In this document: positions 1 through 8,898 of the stretch, piece by piece
How the letters are laid out: each line of letters starts with the position of its first letter
Numbering within the stretch: position 1 is the stretch's first letter
Assembly (NCBI GenBank): GCA_963682135.1
Contig: OY821645.1
Location: 1,344,001-1,408,000 of the forward strand
Length of the DNA stretch: 64,000 nt
DNA from: Methanothrix sp.
GTDB lineage: Archaea; Halobacteriota; Methanosarcinia; Methanotrichales; Methanotrichaceae
Direction of reading: 5' to 3'
Notes under the pieces: generated by a model
What the model was told of the DNA's origin: nothing
Seen by the model: only the letters and a program-made list of their open reading frames with translations
Database searches by the model: none
Position numbers and translations under genes: made by a program

Positions 1-1711
1 TGTAGAGCCGGGCGCGGGCATAGCCAGAGTAGCCGTAAAAACTGTTGAGCAGAATCTTCATGGCGTTTTGCTTGGCATCCAAAAAGCGGCGCTCTTCTTC
101 CCCGGCCTTCTTCATCAGATTCTTGGTTGCAGTCCTCTCATCGAGCAGCTCTCGCAAGACTGCCGGCATTATGCCCGGCGAGACCTGAGGCGAGACGAAC
201 CTTCCGCCCGAGGGTGCTGTTATGATGCCTTCATCCCCGACCGTCTCTGCCAGGCAGCCCTCAGCCGCAGAAGCCTGTGTCAACACGGTCGTGTAGCAGA
301 GGTTATGGGCCATCATAATAGTAGGATAAAGGGATTTGTAGTCCAGGATGACCACATCCTCCACCAGCCCCTTCTCCGGCACCAGAACTGCTCCACCTTT
401 CAGGCCCTCATTCTCCACATAGCGCTCATCCGAGACATCCGCATCTGGCTTGGGCGGCACCACCCTTCCCCTTTCCCGGAAGCGGCGCATGAGCAGGCTC
501 TCCACCATGCCGGACTGGCCGCCGTTTACGATGTCCTGCAACAATGATCCGCTGGCCCGGGAGAGGGCGATGTACTTGTCCATGAGCCGCAGGTCGAGGA
601 GCATGTGCAGAGCCAGCACGGCATCTCTTCGGGAGTAGCTGATGAAGCGACGCAGACCATCACCCACCTCCGCCCAGAGGGCCTCGATCTCTTTGGGGTC
701 CACATCATACTTCTCCATCTTGAGAAGCTCGGCTGCCGCGTTTCTCAGGGTGTACTGCTTGAGGCTGTAAGAAGAGCGTATGATGGGCAGCAAGTCCACC
801 ACCACCCGACCGGTAATGGAGACATCCGTTCTGCTTACGATCTTTCTTATGTACCAGGAACTGCCATCCCGGCCCATACGCGCTTCCACGCGATTTTGCC
901 TGCACCTCTCCTGCAGGTAGGGAAAATCGAACTCATTGGAGTTGTAGCCGGCCAGGATATCCGGATTGTAGTCACGAACAATTGATGCGAACGTTGCTAA
1001 AAGATCGCACTCGTCCTGGCAAGATCTTGTGTCGGAACGAGGGCATTCGATATTCTTTCCCACCAAGACCAGGGTCTTATTGCCCTGATATTCCGGTTCG
1101 AAAGCCATGCTGATCAAGATCACGGGCGACTTTTCCGCCTTGGGCATCTCCCCCTGATCCGGCAGACACTCGATATCAAAGCTCATGAAGCGCAGCGGTG
1201 CATTGGTATCATGCGAAACGGGATGCAAAGCCTCAAAAGGTATCGGTGGCAGGGCTGAGGCGGGCGCAGCGGCTCGCGGGCTCACAGTCCACTCCGGGAG
1301 GGGCGCATCCACCCACCCCATACCGCCCAAAGAACAGTCTATGAGAAACCTGTTTTTAAAGAGAATGTCTGTCTCATAGACTGCTTTGATGCCGGCTACC
1401 TCTTTTGCCCTTTCCCTGAGAATTCTCACCTCTTTGGGGTCATGGGTGGTGATCTTGAGCATCTTCTGGGGAGTGGTCTGAAAGCCGATGGGCATAAAGC
1501 GCTCTACCACTTCTACATCCAGTCCCATGGACCTAAGATCCTCCCGGGCGCTTCCCGATAGGTTTTCATCTACGCTCGCATAAAAGTAGGGGCGAAAGCC
1601 TGCCACCCGGCAGGTGACGCTTCTCCCCTCTGGGGTAGTGCCGAAGAGCTGCACTAGAGGATTTCGATCAGAATCGTAGGTGTAATTGGCATCCAGGATC
1701 TGGAAGATCAT
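1..1711 (-). CDS. polB: Family B DNA polymerase, archaeal PolB; continues beyond the window's left edge
   Basis: Not in the ORF track because it has no stop in the window. Manual reverse translation gives start MIFQILDANYTYD at 1711, the exonuclease motif SFDIECL, motif A DYKSLYPTIMMAHN (~305-345) and motif B KILLNSFYGYSGY (~20-60). Confidence 0.96.
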   Translation of the reverse strand, partial: MIFQILDANYTYDSDRNPLVQLFGTTPEGRSVTCRVAGFRPYFYASVDENLSGSAREDLRSMGLDVEVVERFMPIGFQTTPQKMLKITTHDPKEVRILRERAKEVAGIKAVYETDILFKNRFLIDCSLGGMGWVDAPLPEWTVSPRAAAPASALPPIPFEALHPVSHDTNAPLRFMSFDIECLPDQGEMPKAEKSPVILISMAFEPEYQGNKTLVLVGKNIECPRSDTRSCQDECDLLATFASIVRDYNPDILAGYNSNEFDFPYLQERCRQNRVEARMGRDGSSWYIRKIVSRTDVSITGRVVVDLLPIIRSSYSLKQYTLRNAAAELLKMEKYDVDPKEIEALWAEVGDGLRRFISYSRRDAVLALHMLLDLRLMDKYIALSRASGSLLQDIVNGGQSGMVESLLMRRFRERGRVVPPKPDADVSDERYVENEGLKGGAVLVPEKGLVEDVVILDYKSLYPTIMMAHNLCYTTVLTQASAAEGCLAETVGDEGIITAPSGGRFVSPQVSPGIMPAVLRELLDERTATKNLMKKAGEEERRFLDAKQNAMKILLNSFYGYSGYARARLY

Positions 1712-1818
1712 TGTTTATAAGTGGAAATTTCTGCTTAAATAGCTAATTGTGCCAAGAGCATTACAGCTAAATATGTACATGAGATACAATATTGTTGGAT
1801 AGTTGCCTGGAGAAAACG

Positions 1819-2154
1819 ATGACAAGAAGAACCGGTTTTTATAATAAAAATAATTTTAATATTATAGTTGTAATTAGTATTATTCTCGCGTCTCAGTCCA
1901 TAATAGCGTCGTCATCTGCTCTATCTGATGATTCGGCACTCATGAAGTTGATCACTCAGAATGAAGATCCGCGAATGGGCGTGAAGGATCTTGTATTCTT
2001 CTTGGTCACACATGATTTTGATGCAGTTCCTAAAAAGGACCGCGTAGAAGTTCAAATAGATGGTACCCCCTACGTATTGGTGCCCAATGGTCAATCACCC
2101 GGACTGGCCAATGTAACCGCAGCGTCTCTAGAAGTAACCGGTCAAAAAAAATGA
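1819..2154 (+). CDS. Small exported hypothetical protein
   Basis: Hydrophobic N-terminal signal (IIVVISIILAS) followed by a compact domain. It ends 22 nt before the next CDS. Start is uncertain (1792 or 1819). Confidence 0.65.
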   Translation: MTRRTGFYNKNNFNIIVVISIILASQSIIASSSALSDDSALMKLITQNEDPRMGVKDLVFFLVTHDFDAVPKKDRVEVQIDGTPYVLVPNGQSPGLANVTAASLEVTGQKK

Positions 2155-2176
2155 ATAGGATAAGGGAGATAAAATT

Positions 2177-5035
2177 ATGAAAGCTTTGATAAAATTCGTT
2201 ATCGGATTTCTTCTGATAGCTTTTCTGGTTACAGGTTCTTTGGCGGCAGAAGAGAAGACATCGAAGCAAGTTCTAATTCTTGCCTCCTATAATCTTGGGA
2301 TGAAATGGGATGACAGCATTATCTCCGAGATAAAGCATCAATTTGCGATTTATAAGCCTTCAGCAGTTATCAATGTCGAATTCATGGATACAAAGAGGAT
2401 TGATCCAAATGCAACCCGTCTGGCTGACTTGAAAGCATTGTATCTAAAAAAGTATAATGGCAGGCACTTTGATGTAATCATTTCCATCGATACCGACGCA
2501 TTCCAATTCTTGCTCAATAACCGCGATGAGATTTTTCCGGGAACGCCGGTAGTCTTCTGCGGCGTTATCAGCTTCGAAGATGAGATGCTGCGAGGAAAAC
2601 GCAATTTCACGGGCGTAATGGAAGTATTCGATATCAAGGATACAATTTCTTTGATGCTCAAATTGCATCCCCATACGAAGCTTATTGCTATTGTAAATGA
2701 TAATACATCGACCGGTCAGGCTAATCGAAAGATCATGGATGCTGCGATTCCAGAATTAGAGGGCAAGGTATCTTTTGAGTACCTTGACAACCTCACAGCA
2801 GAGGAGCTTGCGAGGCGTGTCCACTCCCTGCCTGATGACAGCCTCATCTTGGAGATGACCTTTAATCGTGACCGGAATGGAAAAGTATTGACTTATGAGG
2901 ATACGACAAGCCTCATCCAAGGAGCAAGCTCTGTTCCAATTTATGCTTTATGGGATTTCTTCATAGGATATGGTATTGTCGGAGGAAAGTTGCTCACGGG
3001 ATCGTCTCAAGGAAGCGAGGCAGCAAAGCTTGCGCTGCGCATCTTAGAGGGAGAAAAGGCGGAAAATATTGCAGTAGTTAGAGAGAACTTCAACCGCTAC
3101 AAGTTTGATAATTTTGAGTTGATTCGTTTCGGCATTCCCGTCTCCAGCTTACCCGCAGACAGTGTGATAATTAACCGGCCATTCCAATCACGCGTTGATC
3201 TCAGTGGCACAAACCTGAGCGGCCTTAATATATCCGGAGCCAACTTAAGCCGCTCACAGCTGCAAAATACCAATCTGGAAATGACGAACCTCAGCGAATC
3301 AGTGCTGGAAGGATCTGAATTGGGCGATGCCCGACTTGTGAGAACCATCTTCAGAGGAGCAACCATGGATGAGACCGACATTGATGGATCCGATCTGTCT
3401 TTTGCCGACCTGGATGGTGCAATTCTTGTCGGATCTGACATCGCCGGCTCGAATCTGACCGGTGCCGACCTGCGAGGAGCAGACCTGAGCCAGGCCCGTT
3501 TGACCAATGCGATTCTTGCAGGAGCAAATCTGGATAATGCCAACTTGACCGCAGCCAATCTTCCGGATGCAGATCTAACCAAAGCTTCCTTTTTCAGAGC
3601 TTATTTGAGGCGGGCTAACTTATGCAGTTCGCGACTAATGGATGCTAACCTTTCCGAAGCAGATCTCGTGGGGGCTGCCCTGATAGCTTCTGAAATGACA
3701 GGCGCCAATATTTTCAAGGCCAACCTGGAAGAGGCGAGAATGTCCGGCGCAAGATTGATTGATGCAAACCTGGGTGCGGTCGATCTTATGGCCGCCAACC
3801 TCAGCACCTCCAATCTGACAGGTGCAAACCTGGCCGATGCCTACATGAGAAGGGTTATGCTGAGGGATGCAATACTGAAGGGCGCCAATCTATCGATAGC
3901 TGACATGGTTGGGGCTAACATGATTGATGCTGATCTTTCGGATGCAGAATTTTATGGGGCTGATATCTCAGAGAGTCGCTGTCATGGAGCAAAGTTCGTC
4001 GGCTCTCGATTAATCAATTCTCAAATTCGGTTTGCTAACCTGACTTATACGAACTTCAGCATGGCGAACCTCTCTGGATCGGATCTTGCGTCATCCAGTT
4101 TGGAAGGCTCCGATCTCTCTAGAGCTAACCTTTCAAGGGCAAATCTCGAAATTGCCTATATGCACAATGCTAACCTTGCCGGAGCTGATCTTTCCGATGC
4201 CAGCCTGCCAGGAGCGCATCTGGAAGATTCCGACCTATCCAGCACGAATCTTGAAAACGCAGATCTGACCAATGCATTGCTGGGCGGATGCAACCTTACT
4301 GGTGCCAATCTGAATGGAGCCAGGCTTCTTGGTGCGGATCTTAGCCTGGCAATCATGAATGATGCACAGATGACCAGGACAAATATGATCGGTGCCAAAA
4401 TGAGCTGGGCGGATCTGAGCTGCAGCAGTCTTACCGATTGCCAGTTCACCAGAGCGGAGCTTTTTGGAGCCAACCTGAGCAACTGCGACCTGACCGGTTC
4501 GGACTTCACCCGGGCATATTTAGTGAGAGCTAATCTATCAGGTTGCACTCTGAAAGATGTCAACTTGGATTACGCCGACCTTACCGGAGCGAATCTGAGA
4601 AATGCCCGAATAAATGGGGCCAGACTCGCAAATGTATTTCTAAACGAAGCGGACCTATCGAACGCGGACCTCACGGGTTCTTATCTTTATGGCATGACTC
4701 TGAAGGATACTGTTTGGAGCAAGGCGAACTTGAGGTCGTCCAGCATAATTTTGCTGAACTTTTTGGATGCTGATTTCAGCGGCAGCGACCTGCGAAAGAC
4801 CCGTTTTGCCCAGACCTATATGAATAACACCAACTTCTCCGATGCGGATCTGAGTGGCGTTGTCTTTGACACCTGCGCCTTCGAAAACTCTGATTTTACA
4901 GGCGCCAACCTGCAAGAAATCAAATACGATTCCACTGCGCTTAATTTTTTCGCGGCGTCCAAACTCGAAGGGGCCAAGATAAGCGCAGATCTGAAAAATG
5001 ATCTAGAAAAATTGCGGTCAGGAAAAATAGCCTGA
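2177..5035 (+). CDS. Secreted fusion of an ABC-substrate-binding-like (kinase-type extracellular sensor) domain and about 600 aa of pentapeptide repeats
   Basis: Signal peptide. Sensor-domain motifs VLILASY, EFMDTKR, PVVFCGV, GIVGGKLL...QGSEAAKLALRIL and LPADSVIINRP, then a continuous A(D/N)LxxA(D/N)L repeat region to a helical C-terminal cap. Confidence 0.88.
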   Translation: MKALIKFVIGFLLIAFLVTGSLAAEEKTSKQVLILASYNLGMKWDDSIISEIKHQFAIYKPSAVINVEFMDTKRIDPNATRLADLKALYLKKYNGRHFDVIISIDTDAFQFLLNNRDEIFPGTPVVFCGVISFEDEMLRGKRNFTGVMEVFDIKDTISLMLKLHPHTKLIAIVNDNTSTGQANRKIMDAAIPELEGKVSFEYLDNLTAEELARRVHSLPDDSLILEMTFNRDRNGKVLTYEDTTSLIQGASSVPIYALWDFFIGYGIVGGKLLTGSSQGSEAAKLALRILEGEKAENIAVVRENFNRYKFDNFELIRFGIPVSSLPADSVIINRPFQSRVDLSGTNLSGLNISGANLSRSQLQNTNLEMTNLSESVLEGSELGDARLVRTIFRGATMDETDIDGSDLSFADLDGAILVGSDIAGSNLTGADLRGADLSQARLTNAILAGANLDNANLTAANLPDADLTKASFFRAYLRRANLCSSRLMDANLSEADLVGAALIASEMTGANIFKANLEEARMSGARLIDANLGAVDLMAANLSTSNLTGANLADAYMRRVMLRDAILKGANLSIADMVGANMIDADLSDAEFYGADISESRCHGAKFVGSRLINSQIRFANLTYTNFSMANLSGSDLASSSLEGSDLSRANLSRANLEIAYMHNANLAGADLSDASLPGAHLEDSDLSSTNLENADLTNALLGGCNLTGANLNGARLLGADLSLAIMNDAQMTRTNMIGAKMSWADLSCSSLTDCQFTRAELFGANLSNCDLTGSDFTRAYLVRANLSGCTLKDVNLDYADLTGANLRNARINGARLANVFLNEADLSNADLTGSYLYGMTLKDTVWSKANLRSSSIILLNFLDADFSGSDLRKTRFAQTYMNNTNFSDADLSGVVFDTCAFENSDFTGANLQEIKYDSTALNFFAASKLEGAKISADLKNDLEKLRSGKIA

Positions 5036-5040
5036 CCCGC

Positions 5041-5050
5041 CTTTTTTTAT
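5041..5050 (+). terminator. Probable archaeal oligo-T terminator
   Basis: CTTTTTTTAT a few nt after the stop codon at 5035. Confidence 0.45.
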
Positions 5051-5225
5051 TGGAACTAATCATGGGATATAGTTCAAGCGGACTGGCATCATGCCGCCTT
5101 GAATAGCTGTGTCGTAAATGGGAATAATTGATTACAAGATTCGATTTAATTGCACTAAGAACATTAATCATTTATAAGTAGGATCATATATGCAATTATC
5201 CGAAATGGAAATGGAGCTGGTTTGA

Positions 5226-6284
5226 TTGAAATGCGTCTCAATGGCAATTCTTTGTGCACTTCTCCTGGTTGGCTTTACTGGAGCTAGCGGTGGTACAGCA
5301 AATAATAGCACCTCAGAGAAGAACAAGCTGAATGTGACTCTGCTCGATTTCGGCCCGATTGGAGACCACGGCTGGACGTACGAGGCCCACACAGGCGCAT
5401 CGGAGATGGCCCAAGAGCTATATTTTGTCAACCTATCCGAGAGAGAAAATGCCGCAGGTCCCGGTGCATCCCAAATTTTAAGGGATTACGCGAAGAATGG
5501 AGCGGAGCTGATATTCTGTCACAGCTACAACTTCATGGATGCCATCAAAGAAGTAGCTCCAGAATACCCGGATGTCGTTTTTATGTGGGGAGGCGGTACG
5601 CATAAGCTGGCGCCCAATGCGGGAGTCTATTACGAAAGGATTTATGAGGCCCAGTATCTTGCCGGAATCGTGGCGGGCAATATGACCAAGACGGGAAAGA
5701 TTGCATTTGTGGCTGCATTGCCCACATCCCAGGTGATAATCGGCATCAATGCCTTTGCTAAAGGTGTGGCATCCTCCAATCATCGCGCCAAAGTGTACGT
5801 AGAGTGGATCGGAGACTGGTATGATCCCGGAAAAGAGCGGGCTGTAGCCTTATCACTTATCAATAAAGGCTGCGATATCATAACCCACTGGTCCGATTCC
5901 GATGCGACGGGTCAAACGGCGGATGAGATGGGCACCTACTTCATATCCTTCGGCTCAGATGTCGGCAGGTTCTCTCCTCAGGTATATCTTACGGGCGCAG
6001 TCTGGAACTGGCAGCCCATTATGACCGATATTGCAGAATCTGTGCATAACGGGACGTGGGATTCTCACCCAGGACAGGAGTGGTGGTACGGACTGGCAGA
6101 AGGTGGAGTAGAGCTGGCACCTTTTGGCGACAAGGTCCCTGACAGTGTTCGATCTTTAGTAGCCGAAAGGCAAAAGGATATTGTGCAAAAAAATTTGACA
6201 ATATTCCCCGGCCAGAGTGATGAAGAGCTAAAAGAGATGTATTACCTCGAACCTAATGTTGTGGGCAAGCTGCCAAAATCATAG
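5226..6284 (+). CDS. BMP/PnrA-family substrate-binding protein (nucleoside/purine-binding type)
   Basis: Motifs GPIGDHGWTYEAH, YLAGIVAG, INAFAKG, WIGDWYDPGKE and WNWQP; signal peptide; TTG start. Confidence 0.9.
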   Translation: MKCVSMAILCALLLVGFTGASGGTANNSTSEKNKLNVTLLDFGPIGDHGWTYEAHTGASEMAQELYFVNLSERENAAGPGASQILRDYAKNGAELIFCHSYNFMDAIKEVAPEYPDVVFMWGGGTHKLAPNAGVYYERIYEAQYLAGIVAGNMTKTGKIAFVAALPTSQVIIGINAFAKGVASSNHRAKVYVEWIGDWYDPGKERAVALSLINKGCDIITHWSDSDATGQTADEMGTYFISFGSDVGRFSPQVYLTGAVWNWQPIMTDIAESVHNGTWDSHPGQEWWYGLAEGGVELAPFGDKVPDSVRSLVAERQKDIVQKNLTIFPGQSDEELKEMYYLEPNVVGKLPKS

Positions 6285-6388
6285 GTATTCTCTTTTTTTC
6301 AGGAGAAAGGGTTGACTTATATCATTGTCTACCCGGAAGAGTCCATCCCAGATAAAAAATTAATAGTAGTAATGTAGATATTATAGTT

Positions 6389-8155
6389 ATGAATATTTCT
6401 TTGATGCGATTGGTTCTATGGTTGTGTTTGCTTCTCACACTTTTAACTATTATTTCATCTGCAATCGTAGAAGATCCCATCAAATTAAAAGATCATCTCC
6501 GGCTTATCGGCGCGAACCTGAGCGGCATGAACTTGTCCGGGGCCCATCTGAATCATTCCGAGTTGCAAGGATCTGATCTTCGCAAAACGAACCTCAGTAG
6601 ATCCTATTTGAACCAATCCAGTCTCTTTGATGCCCAGCTTGTAGAGGCGAACCTCAGCGGAGCAATTTTGGTAGATGCTGACCTTCATGGCTCCGATCTC
6701 TCCCAGGCCGACCTCAGGGGTGCCAATATGCCCATCTGCAATTTATTTGCCTCAAATCTGACGGAAGCAAACCTTTCCGGCACCTTCTTGGCGGGTTGCT
6801 ACTTAACAAGCTCTAATTTAAATCGTGCAAACCTATCTGGCTGCTTTATGGATCAGTCTTTTGCGGATCGTTCAATTATGATTCGTACTAAACTGAATAA
6901 AGCCAGCTTAGGGGGCGTGAAAATGAGCGAAACGAACCTGAGCGAAGCCAGCTTCATAAGGGCGTTCATGGATCGTTCCACATTGCGCCGTTCTCTATTG
7001 ATTGGTGCCAATCTGACCGGCGCAAGCCTGATTGGGGCGAACTTGATTAATGCCACCATATCCAACGCAGATCTCAGCGGTGCGGATCTATCTGAGTCGC
7101 GCTGCTCAGGAGCGAATTTTGTTAGATCTCGGCTGGTTAAATCAAGAATGGGTTTTACCAACCTGACCGGCTCAAACCTGAGCCATGCGGACCTGACCGG
7201 ATCGTATCTTATGGCTTCCTGTCTGGATGGCAGTGATCTCTTCCAGGCAAATCTAACAGGCGCGAACCTGGAAAATGCTTTAATGCATAACGTCAGACTT
7301 GTTGAAGCCAGACTAACCGACGCAATTTTTGCCAGAGCGCATTTAGAGGATGCTGATCTATCTAATTCATATCTTGAACATGCAGATCTTACCGGTGCCT
7401 TGCTCAGCGGGTCTAATCTGACGGATGCCCATCTGTCGGGGGCCAGGCTTCTTAGCGCAGACCTCAGCCTTGCAGTCCTGAAAAGCGCAGATCTTAGCGG
7501 AGCAAACCTGGTAGGTGCCAGATTAAATTGGGCGAATCTGGCAGGAAGCACACTCAAGCGTTGCCAATTCTCCAGAGCAGAGCTATTTGGAGCCGACCTG
7601 AGCCACTGTGACCTCAGCGACTCGGACTTCACCCGGGCATATTTGCCAAGGGCCAAATTGCAGGGGTCCAACCTCAGAAACACAAAGATAGACAATGTCG
7701 ATCTCAGCGATGCGAATATGTCCGATGCTGATCTTGCGGGCGTCCAGATCGTTAAGGCGGATCTGGATGATGCTAACCTATCCGGGGCGAACCTGGCCGG
7801 ATGTAGCATGCAGTCCATGAACTTAAGGGGGACCGTCATGCAAAAAGCTGTATTGAGATCAGCAAGCTTCAATTGGATGATACTTAATGAGGTTGATCTT
7901 CGGGGTGCAGACCTCAGAAATGCTAAATTTGATGCGGTTTTTCTGGAAAATGTGAACCTCTCCGGGGCTGACCTAAGAAATGCAGAATTTAATAAGTCCG
8001 CGCTGGTAAATGTAGATCTGAGCGGAGCGAATCTCGTGGGAATGAAGTATGATCTGGTGGAACTTCCCTTTATTGCCAGCTCAAAACTAGATAACGCCCA
8101 AATGAGTGCTGAAATGAAAAAGGACATTGAAAAATTGAGGGCAGGAAAAGACTGA
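6389..8155 (+). CDS. Secreted pentapeptide-repeat protein; paralog of the C-terminal part of 2177..5035
   Basis: Signal peptide plus about 530 aa of A(D/N)L pentapeptides. Shared blocks CQF[TS]RAELFGA and SDFTRAYL, and a similar C-terminal cap ending EKLR[SA]GK. Confidence 0.9.
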   Translation: MNISLMRLVLWLCLLLTLLTIISSAIVEDPIKLKDHLRLIGANLSGMNLSGAHLNHSELQGSDLRKTNLSRSYLNQSSLFDAQLVEANLSGAILVDADLHGSDLSQADLRGANMPICNLFASNLTEANLSGTFLAGCYLTSSNLNRANLSGCFMDQSFADRSIMIRTKLNKASLGGVKMSETNLSEASFIRAFMDRSTLRRSLLIGANLTGASLIGANLINATISNADLSGADLSESRCSGANFVRSRLVKSRMGFTNLTGSNLSHADLTGSYLMASCLDGSDLFQANLTGANLENALMHNVRLVEARLTDAIFARAHLEDADLSNSYLEHADLTGALLSGSNLTDAHLSGARLLSADLSLAVLKSADLSGANLVGARLNWANLAGSTLKRCQFSRAELFGADLSHCDLSDSDFTRAYLPRAKLQGSNLRNTKIDNVDLSDANMSDADLAGVQIVKADLDDANLSGANLAGCSMQSMNLRGTVMQKAVLRSASFNWMILNEVDLRGADLRNAKFDAVFLENVNLSGADLRNAEFNKSALVNVDLSGANLVGMKYDLVELPFIASSKLDNAQMSAEMKKDIEKLRAGKD

Positions 8156-8869
8156 TCAGGATTCATCCCGCATCGGTCCCAGCTCTTCCACCACTCTGTC
8201 CAGGAACTGCTCCATCAGGCCTTGAATCTGAGAAAACTGCTCCGCATGAGCCGACAACTCTACCGGCCTATTCACATACGGCCCCTCTGTCAGCTCATCA
8301 GCGCAGTTTTCGAGCAGGTGATCGATGCTGTCGCGGGAGGATTCCAGATGAAACTGCAGTCCAATTGACTTTCCCTTGACAAAAGCCTGGTTTATGCAAG
8401 CCCGGCTCTCTGCCGTTCGCACCGCGCCGGGAGGAATCTCGAAGGTGTCGCCATGCCAGTGCAGGGCCACAAATCTCAGCGGCAGAACTGAGAAGAGAGG
8501 AGAGGCAATGCCCTCTTTTGTAAGGTCGACCGGGAACCAGCCAATTTCCCTGTACCCGTTTCTCCGCACAATGCCACCCAGCACATCAGCCATAAGCTGA
8601 GCGCCCAGGCAGATGCCGAGAACTATCTTGTCGCACGCAATGGCATGACGGATGAATTCCTTCTCCCTCGCTAGCCATGGGTATTTGTCGTTTTCGTAGA
8701 TATTCATGGGCCCACCCATGATTATCAGCCAGTCGAATTGATCCATTTCCGGCAGCGCCTCATCCAAGAACAGCTGCGTGCGGGTTAGATCATGGCCGCG
8801 GGACTTGGCCCAGCTCTCGATGTTGGCCAGGTCTTCAAAGGGCACATGTTGAAGGTAGTGAATTTTCAT
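8156..8869 (-). CDS. Class I glutamine amidotransferase-like protein (GATase1)
   Basis: MKIHYLQHVPFE start, IMGGPM, catalytic GICLGAQL, WHGDTF and GLQFHLE. Confidence 0.9.
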   Translation of the reverse strand: MKIHYLQHVPFEDLANIESWAKSRGHDLTRTQLFLDEALPEMDQFDWLIIMGGPMNIYENDKYPWLAREKEFIRHAIACDKIVLGICLGAQLMADVLGGIVRRNGYREIGWFPVDLTKEGIASPLFSVLPLRFVALHWHGDTFEIPPGAVRTAESRACINQAFVKGKSIGLQFHLESSRDSIDHLLENCADELTEGPYVNRPVELSAHAEQFSQIQGLMEQFLDRVVEELGPMRDES

Positions 8870-8898
8870 GGAGAACACCCTGGAGATTGCTTGCAGTT

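Noticed and set aside
68-1379. Several + strand ORFs and short - strand ORFs at the window start
   Set aside because: They are shadows of the minus-strand polB frame, which the ORF track missed because it runs off the window edge.
6853-8166. 437-aa antisense ORF (and similar ones at 3097-4563)
   Set aside because: A by-product of pentapeptide codon periodicity (RFAP/RSAP patterns), with no independent protein features.
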